5,043 nucleotides of DNA from Octopus sinensis. Taxonomy: Eukaryota. Below the pieces are notes generated by a model that saw only the letters and a program-made list of their open reading frames with translations, made no database searches and was not told the origin of the DNA. A program made the position numbers and the translations under genes. Numbering within the stretch: position 1 is the stretch's first letter; every line of letters begins with the position of its first letter. Of the stretch, positions 1 to 5,043 are shown piece after piece. The stretch spans positions 1-5,043 of the forward strand of contig NW_021830198.1 in NCBI RefSeq assembly GCF_006345805.1, in the 5' to 3' direction.

Positions 1-120
1 CTGGCAAAAAATGAGTAACGCTGCGATGGACTGGCGTCCCGCCAGCTGGGGAAACACATACGCCATAGAAACCGGGAAACCAGGCCCATGAGCATGGCTA
101 GGCTTTGAAAGGGCGCATTT
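1..120 (+). mobile_element. 3' part of a SINE with a V-domain-like central motif, truncated by the window edge
   Basis: GC-rich block containing ctgcgatggactggcgtcccgccag (21-45) then agaaaccgggaaacc, resembling from memory the central motif of V-SINE-type elements; ends at aaagggcgcattt before AT-rich DNA. The tRNA head would lie upstream of the window. Confidence 0.55.
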
Positions 121-180
121 ATATATTTTATAGTGAAAAGGATTATAATGCATTTCAGTATGATATCGTTACGATGCTAG

Positions 181-419
181 TGACGTAATTATGACGTTGC
201 TGTTATGACGTAATACAACCGGTCATTATTCAATCTATAGTGTTGTAATTAATACAGGCATATAATAATTGCTTAGTGAGAGAACTGCAGAGGCATACAG
301 ACTCCACCAACTGAAGACCAAAGTGTACCTCAATTCTAGTGGCGCAGCTAGAGTGTGTGCCGCACGGAACAGCCTTTGGGTTTTCCACGTCATCTTCAGA
401 GCAGTACGGTCTATATAAG
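181..419 (+). promoter_or_regulatory. Candidate Pol II promoter: clustered TGACGT (CRE/ATF-type) motifs, UPRE-like site and TATA box
   Basis: TGACGTAA at 181-188 and 206-213, TGACGT at 192-197, TCCACGTCA (TGACGTGGA on minus) at 384-392, TATATAAG at 412-419, in apparently unique CpG-retaining sequence. Motif-level evidence only. Confidence 0.3.
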
Positions 420-554
420 CTTATTCAGCAGATCAAATATGCCGCTCCATTAAAGCGTCGTGCGGGACGGATCGCCAACCTTGATCCCCCACCCAAGCAT
501 TGCTACTGCTCAATACGCATTGACTGGTTGATTGTTTCAATATTGTCTTTATCT

Positions 555-944
555 AAAGCGGCGAACTGGCAGAAACGTCAGCACGCCGGGCGAAATGATT
601 AGCGTTATTTCGTCTGTCTGAGTTCAAATTCCGCCGGGGTCGACTTTGCTTTTCATCCTTTCGGGGTCGATAAATTAAGTACCAGTTACACACTGGGGTC
701 GATGTAATCGACTTAATCCTTTTGTCTCTCCTTCTTTGTCCCTTGTATGTTTAGACCCTTGTGGGCAATAAAGAAATAAGAAACGTCAGCACGTCAGGCG
801 AAATGCTTTGCGGTATTTCGTCTGACGTTAGGTTCTGAGTTCAAATTCAGCCGAGGTCGACTTTACCTGTCATCCTTTCGGGGGTCGATAAAATAAGTAT
901 CAATCGCGTACTGGGGTCGATGTAATCGACTGGCCCCTTTCTCC
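555..944 (+). mobile_element. tRNA-derived SINE (family A, host copy 1), interrupted by a nested insertion at about 586-778
   Basis: Head aaagcggcgaactggcagaaacg from 555; resumes at 779 with a ggcgaaatg...tatttcgtc hairpin, B-box gagttcaaattc (837-848), core ggtcgacttt...catcctttcgggggtcgataaaataagta...ctggggtcgatgtaatcgact, then tggcccctttctcc. The same core recurs at 620-713, 1824-1906 and, degraded, 1999-2096. Confidence 0.85.
586..778 (+). mobile_element. Nested SINE variant (family A core plus distinct 65-bp tail), copy 1
   Basis: B-box gagttcaaattcc at 620-632, shared core to 713, tail 714-778 ending gtgggcaataaagaaata; flanked by the 15-bp direct repeat agaaacgtcagcacg (571-585 and 779-793). 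The 5' boundary is ambiguous because insert and host are homologous. Confidence 0.75.
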
Positions 945-1114
945 ACCATGGACTCAACTATGTTCTAAAAGAAGTCGAAAGGTAAGCTACTATAAATCGG
1001 CACGAACTTTCCGGACAACCCAATACTTAAAAGATGTCCTATTATATTTTTTTAGCCAAATATCATAAGGAATTTTGTAAAAAAAATTAAATACTTTGTG
1101 TATTGTACTAGTAT

Positions 1115-1502
1115 GGGAGGGAGCACTCCGTCGGTTACGACGACGAGGGTTCCGGTTGATCCGAATCAACGAAACAGCCTGCTCGTGAAAGTAACGTGTA
1201 AGTGGCTGAGCACTCCACAGACACGTGCACCCTTAACGTAGTTCTCGGGGATATTCCGCGTGACACAGAGAGTGACAAGGCCCGCCCTTTGAAATACAGG
1301 TACAACAGAAACAGGGAGTAAGAGTGAGAGAAAGTTGTGGTGAAAGAGTACAGCAGGGATCACCACCATCCCCTGCCGGAGCCTCGTGGAGCTTTAGGTG
1401 TTTTCGCTCAATAAACACTCACAACGCCCAGTCTGGGAATCGAAACCGCGATCCTATGACCGCGAGTCCGCTGCCCTAACCACTGGGCCATTGCGCCTCC
1501 AC
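1115..1502 (-). mobile_element. Full-length tRNA-derived SINE (family B) with target site duplication
   Basis: Minus strand begins gtggaggcgcaatggcccagtggttagggc; A-box TGGCCCAGTGG (1480-1490), B-box GTTTCGATTCCC (1435-1446). Flanked by tttgtgtattgtac(t/a)agtat at 1095-1114 and 1503-1522 (19/20 identical). May belong to the octopus OR1/OR2/OK group; family name not verified. Confidence 0.9.
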
Positions 1503-1728
1503 TTTGTGTATTGTACAAGTATAGACAATCTGTTGCACATAAATTCTAAGAAAATCTTATACGGTTCCCAATTTTGAGCACAGACGGAACACTCAAGAGG
1601 TTCTTCAAAGACACGGTCGAATGTTATGTTGGTGTCAACTTCTGCAAATCTCAAGGATGACAGGCCACCAAGCTATGACGTAAGAGAGCAAGCTAACAGA
1701 ACATTTGTCTCTATAGAAACCGTACTAG

Positions 1729-1782
1729 TTGCTGTTGGCGGTGGTGGCGATGATGGTGGTGGTTGTGATTTTTTTTTTTTTT
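1729..1782. repeat. Degenerate (GGT/GAT)n trinucleotide repeat followed by poly(T)
   Basis: ttgctgttggcggtggtggcgatgatggtggtggttgtga then a run of 14 T (1769-1782). Confidence 0.85.
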
Positions 1783-2145
1783 GTACGTTGGTAAAATTTC
1801 TTTGCGGTATTCGTTCCGACTTTCCGCCGAGGTCGACTTTGCCTTTCATCCTTTCGGGGTCGATTAAATAAGTACCAGTTACGCACTGGGGTCGATATAA
1901 TCGACTTAATCCGTTTGTCTATCCCTGTTTGTCCTCTCTGTGTTTAGCCCCTTGTGGGTAGTAAAGAAATAGGTATCCGTTCCGACTTTTTACTTATTGA
2001 GTTCTAATCCCGCTGAGATTGACTTTAACTTTCATCACTCTGGGGTCAATTAAATAAATACCACTCAAGTACTGGGACGGATTGATAAAATCGGCTGATC
2101 CCCCTCCCCTCAAAATCGTTGGCCATGTACCTAAATCAGAAACCA
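1783..2145 (+). mobile_element. Old diverged family A SINE (host copy 2), interrupted by a nested insertion at 1824-1971
   Basis: gtacgttggtaaaatttctttgcggtattcg aligns with the family A head (gcacgtcaggcgaaatgctttgcggtatttcg, 789-820); resumes at 1972 with degraded B-box gagttctaatccc, degraded core and a cccctcccctcaaaat...ggccatgtacctaaatcagaaacca end. Confidence 0.75.
1824..1971 (+). mobile_element. Nested 5'-truncated SINE variant (family A core plus 65-bp tail), copy 2
   Basis: Core ccgccgaggtcgactttgcc...aatcgact (1824-1906), tail 1907-1971 aligning without gaps to 714-778 (54/65 identical by hand count); flanked by ggtat(t/c)cgttccgacttt at 1806-1823 and 1972-1989 (17/18 identical). 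Confidence 0.85.
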
Positions 2146-2208
2146 TAGTCATTGTTAACCCCAGATCTGACGTGATATCCAAAGATTCCTCTCCATATTG
2201 TAAAACGG

Positions 2209-2424
2209 TACTCTTTACTCTTTTACATGTTTCAGTCATTCGACTGCGACCATGCTGGAGCACCGCCTTTAGCCGAGCAAATCGACCGCGGGACTTATTC
2301 TTTGTAAGCCCAGTACTTATTCTATCGGTCTCTTTTGCCGAACCGCTAAGTGACGGGGACGTAAACACACCAGCAACGGTTGTCAAGCAATGCTAGGGGG
2401 ACAAACACAGACACACAAACACAT

Positions 2425-2455
<31 letters not shown>

Positions 2456-2623
2456 CATATATACGACAGGCTTCTTTCAGTTTCCGTCTACCAAACCCAC
2501 TCACAAGGCATTGGTCGGCCCGGGGCTATAGCAGAAGACACTTGCCCAAGATGCCACGCAATGGGACTGAACCCGGAACCATGTGGTTGGTTAGCAAGCT
2601 ACTTACCACACAGCCACTCCTGC
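2209..2623 (-). mobile_element. Full-length tRNA-derived SINE (family C, CORE-like motif, internal microsatellite)
   Basis: Minus strand starts gcaggagtggctgtgtggtaag; A-box TGGCTGTGTGG (2606-2616), B-box GGTTCAGTCCC (2563-2573), CORE-SINE-like cttgggcaagtg (2539-2550), internal (CA)n/(TA)n at about 2401-2463, and a 3' tail of AAAGAGT-like tandem units (2209-2226). Second copy at about 3852-4286. No TSD found. Confidence 0.9.
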
Positions 2624-3101
2624 AATTTAAAGAAAGTTTAACTGCTATTTCTAGCAGGTCGGTCGGCCATACAGAAGTGTCTGTCTTGGCTCGATGGTGA
2701 TTAAAAAGGATACAAGAGATGTTGGTGTGCGACGGTTTCTATCAATTCCAAGTTATTTGAAAGTGAGGATGAAATTTCGGTGGTTGAAAAAGAAAAGTTA
2801 CTTTAGCAGCAACGCGTTAAAATGTCACGTTTCCTTAGACTGGGAAAACGCGTTGTAAAACTTTGCGGATTGTGTGCTTGTCTGGAGGTTAGTGATTCCA
2901 TCTGAGACAGGGAGTTGAATCTAAAACGATTGCAGCGTGGAAGACTCATATTAGTCATTCAAAAAAAAAAAATGCAAACACTATATCAACTTTATTTAAA
3001 TATTTATTAATTGGTGGCGAAATTTTAGTCGCACCAACTGCGATCTGGTCACTGACACGGCTCCAGTGCAACTAGTTTGAAACGAAATTGTTGGTCGGTA
3101 G

Positions 3102-3161
3102 ATACACACAAATACACACATACACATAAATATATGTATGTATATATATATATATATATAT
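3102..3161. repeat. Compound (CA)n/(TA)n microsatellite
   Basis: atacacacaaatacacacatacacataaatatatgtatgtatatatatata... Confidence 0.9.
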
Positions 3162-3190
3162 AACAATGATAAATCTCAGAGCGGTAACAC

Positions 3191-3322
3191 AACGTGATGC
3201 ATGTATGCCATTTGAATATGGCATACATAGCCAGCGGGAGGAGTGTCTTCCTGGGGCTACAAACTACAGTAGCATCCACCCTTTTGGGTAGCCATATTCA
3301 AATGGCATACATGCATCACGTT
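3191..3322. repeat. Perfect 32-bp inverted repeat with 68-bp spacer (fold-back), probable transposon remnant
   Basis: aacgtgatgcatgtatgccatttgaatatggc (3191-3222) is the exact reverse complement of gccatattcaaatggcatacatgcatcacgtt (3291-3322); sits between two (TA)n tracts. Confidence 0.9.
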
Positions 3323-3352
3323 ATTATATATTATGATATATATATATATATA

Positions 3353-3407
<55 letters not shown>

Positions 3408-3476
3408 ATAGATATATATATATATATATATACATATATGCACACAATACCCATATGTATGTCTATATATATATAA
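3323..3476. repeat. (TA)n microsatellite, imperfect
   Basis: Long alternating TA run with occasional interruptions; followed by very AT-rich low-complexity DNA to about 3660. Confidence 0.95.
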
Positions 3477-3851
3477 AATATGAATTAGAGATAAAATCAC
3501 TATTAGGCAATTCAAACACTGATAGAAATAAACCAATACATAAATAACAAACAATATAAATATAGTTAATATAATATAATATATATATATAAAATGTAAA
3601 ATTTTTATTTTTTTTTATAACCAAAAAGTATAAAAAGAATGATAATATAGTATATATAAGCTGATTTTATGAATGTTACAACTTGCGTAACAAGCATCAC
3701 TTTGTTATGAAACAGTCGTAGTGCGTGTTTTACCTGTTCCACACCTTTTTCAACTTTTATTCGCATTTTTAGCAATTTCAGTTTCTGATGGAATGTATGT
3801 TAGGTTCTTTCCATAGCTTGGTATAGATCTATTCTTACTACACAGCTGAGC

Positions 3852-4286
3852 CTGCGTGGTATGACGTTTGCCTCCAGCCCCACGGCTCCTGGTTCAATTT
3901 CACTGCGTGACACCCTGGACAAGTGTTTTCTACTATTGCCTCGAGCCGACCAAAGCCTTGTGAGTGGATTTGGTAGACGAAAACTGAAAGAAGCCCGTCG
4001 TGTGGCCTGGCGGGATATGCGTGTGGGTTCGTGCGTGCGTGCGTGCGTGCGTGTGTGCGTGTGTGTATGTGTGCGTGTTTGTGTCTTCGTGTCTCTGTTT
4101 GCGCCCCACCACCACTAGACAAGCCACTTTGGTGTCTTTACGTTGCCGTAACTTAATGGTTCGGTAATAAGATACCAATAGAATAAGTACCAGCCTTAAA
4201 TACAAGAAACATACACAGGGCTTGATTCGTTTTTTACTAATCCTTGATGACCGCAGTCTATTTGCTGAAACAAGTAACAGAATGAG
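3852..4286 (+). mobile_element. Older diverged family C SINE, opposite orientation to the 2209-2623 copy
   Basis: 3881-4000 is the reverse complement of 2464-2583 at 100/120 positions without gaps (hand count); internal microsatellite is (GTGC)n/(GT)n at about 4031-4078; the 3' part atagaataagtaccagcctta and ctgaaacaagtaa match the other copy's tail region with deletions. Confidence 0.85.
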
Positions 4287-4589
4287 TTCATACGCTTTAC
4301 AGTGTATTCCGTATTTTTGTCACTTGTTTATTGTCAACCCTTCATATAATGTAGGGGAGATAATCATTTCCACATTATATTTGGTGGGATGAAAAGTTTC
4401 AGATTTAATGTCGAGGAGCAACAAAGAAGAAGCATAGAATATGCATATTCAATTTTCTGTTTTCATATTACGAAAGTTTTGAAATGTCTAGTTTTAATTA
4501 ATCATGTATGGCACCATTTCGTTCTTATTGGAAATCATCAGTATGATGTACACTGAGGTAAATGCATTAAACTAAATATGTTATCAATA

Positions 4590-4607
4590 TAAACTGCGCG
4601 CAGTTTA
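4590..4607. other. Perfect 18-bp palindrome TAAACTGCGCGCAGTTTA
   Basis: The sequence equals its own reverse complement; GC-rich core in AT-rich unique DNA. Confidence 0.85.
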
Positions 4608-4842
4608 ATCAAAGATTATGTAACCGAGACTACGTTGAAGCTAATGAGACCTAACTCGATAGGAAAGTAAATCTTTTGGTTGTCAAACCTGTTTACTTTC
4701 TGCATGTGTTTTAAATTCAATAATTTTATTAGCAGACTAAATGTCTACTTTAATACAAAATTAATTTCCGTTCATATAAACCTGCGCTCAACTGTCTTCA
4801 CCATTGATGGCAGAAATATTTCTAATAAATTTTTACTCTACT

Positions 4843-4883
4843 ATGTCAAAAATTATCTGTGAAGTTTCTCAGCCGGGAATGTG
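4843..4883 (+). CDS. Weak candidate first coding exon (MSKIICEVSQPGM..., alternative in-frame start at 4807), product unknown
   Basis: ATG at 4843 with A at -3, in-frame ATG at 4807 and upstream in-frame TAA at 4777-4779; strong donor TG|GTAAGC with GT at 4884; possible acceptor tagcag at 4730-4735 or TATAAA at 4775-4780. No homology recognised. Confidence 0.2.
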
Positions 4884-4950
4884 GTAAGCGTCAGCAGAGA
4901 ATGCCACCATGTTTATTAAAATAATTATTTCTATATAGTAATGCAGATTT

Positions 4951-5043
4951 TATATCTATATATATATTCATATATATATATATAATAGTATGTATGTATA
5001 TATATATATATAATATATATATATATATTATATATATATATAT
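4951..5043. repeat. (TA)n microsatellite running off the window end
   Basis: Alternating TA with a short (TATG)n interruption. Confidence 0.95.

Noticed and set aside
361-412. Hammerhead-like string on the minus strand (CTGAAGA tgacgtg GAAAAC...GTTC)
   Set aside because: Stem II lacks Watson-Crick pairs and stem I does not close next to the core; probably chance.
339-602. 87-aa ORF on the + strand
   Set aside because: Begins at GTG, has no recognisable domain and runs into a SINE head.
620-930. Recurring ggggtcga motifs resembling a CRISPR-like array
   Set aside because: These are internal motifs of the SINE core; the intervening sequences are repeated between copies rather than unique spacers, and the context is eukaryotic.
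943-987. Kozak-like ccaccATGG and donor-like AG|GTAAGC
   Set aside because: The ATG at 948 gives only MDSTMF then a stop, and it lies at the decayed end of a SINE.
1166-1418. Two overlapping minus-strand ORFs
   Set aside because: Entirely within the family B SINE.
1425-1502. tRNA-like sequence on the minus strand
   Set aside because: It is a SINE head: no proper acceptor or anticodon stem, continues into a SINE body and is bounded by a TSD. The same SINE-head reasoning applies to 2555-2623.
1454-1871. ORFs 1454-1654 (-) with a CSVC motif and 1626-1871 (+)
   Set aside because: A single CxxC with no further zinc ligands; both ORFs read through SINE or microsatellite sequence and show no convincing exon boundaries.
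1994-2700. Four ORFs of 83-130 aa
   Set aside because: They span SINE copies and (CA)/(TA) repeats, giving TH/YI low-complexity peptides.
3049-3547. Three ORFs with YI runs and a repeated MHVCHLNMA peptide
   Set aside because: Artefacts of (TA)n tracts and the 32-bp inverted repeat.
3838-4205. Three ORFs with THAR/CVRA repeats
   Set aside because: Translations of the second family C SINE and its internal microsatellite.

Overview
AT-rich, repeat-dense eukaryotic non-coding DNA (intronic or intergenic), most likely from an octopus or other coleoid cephalopod; that assignment is from my recollection of the repeat families, not a search. About 40% of the window is tRNA-derived SINEs of at least four types, plus (TA)n/(CA)n microsatellites. 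None of the supplied ORFs is a credible gene. The most interesting signal is that, twice independently, a SINE variant with its own 65-bp 3' tail sits inside the tRNA-like head of a related SINE, flanked by 15- or 18-bp duplications, suggesting a SINE that targets its own relatives. Also seen: a full-length SINE with a 20-bp TSD, a perfect 32-bp fold-back with a nested hairpin, an inverted SINE pair able to form dsRNA, a candidate CRE/UPRE/TATA promoter, and a weak candidate coding exon near the right end.
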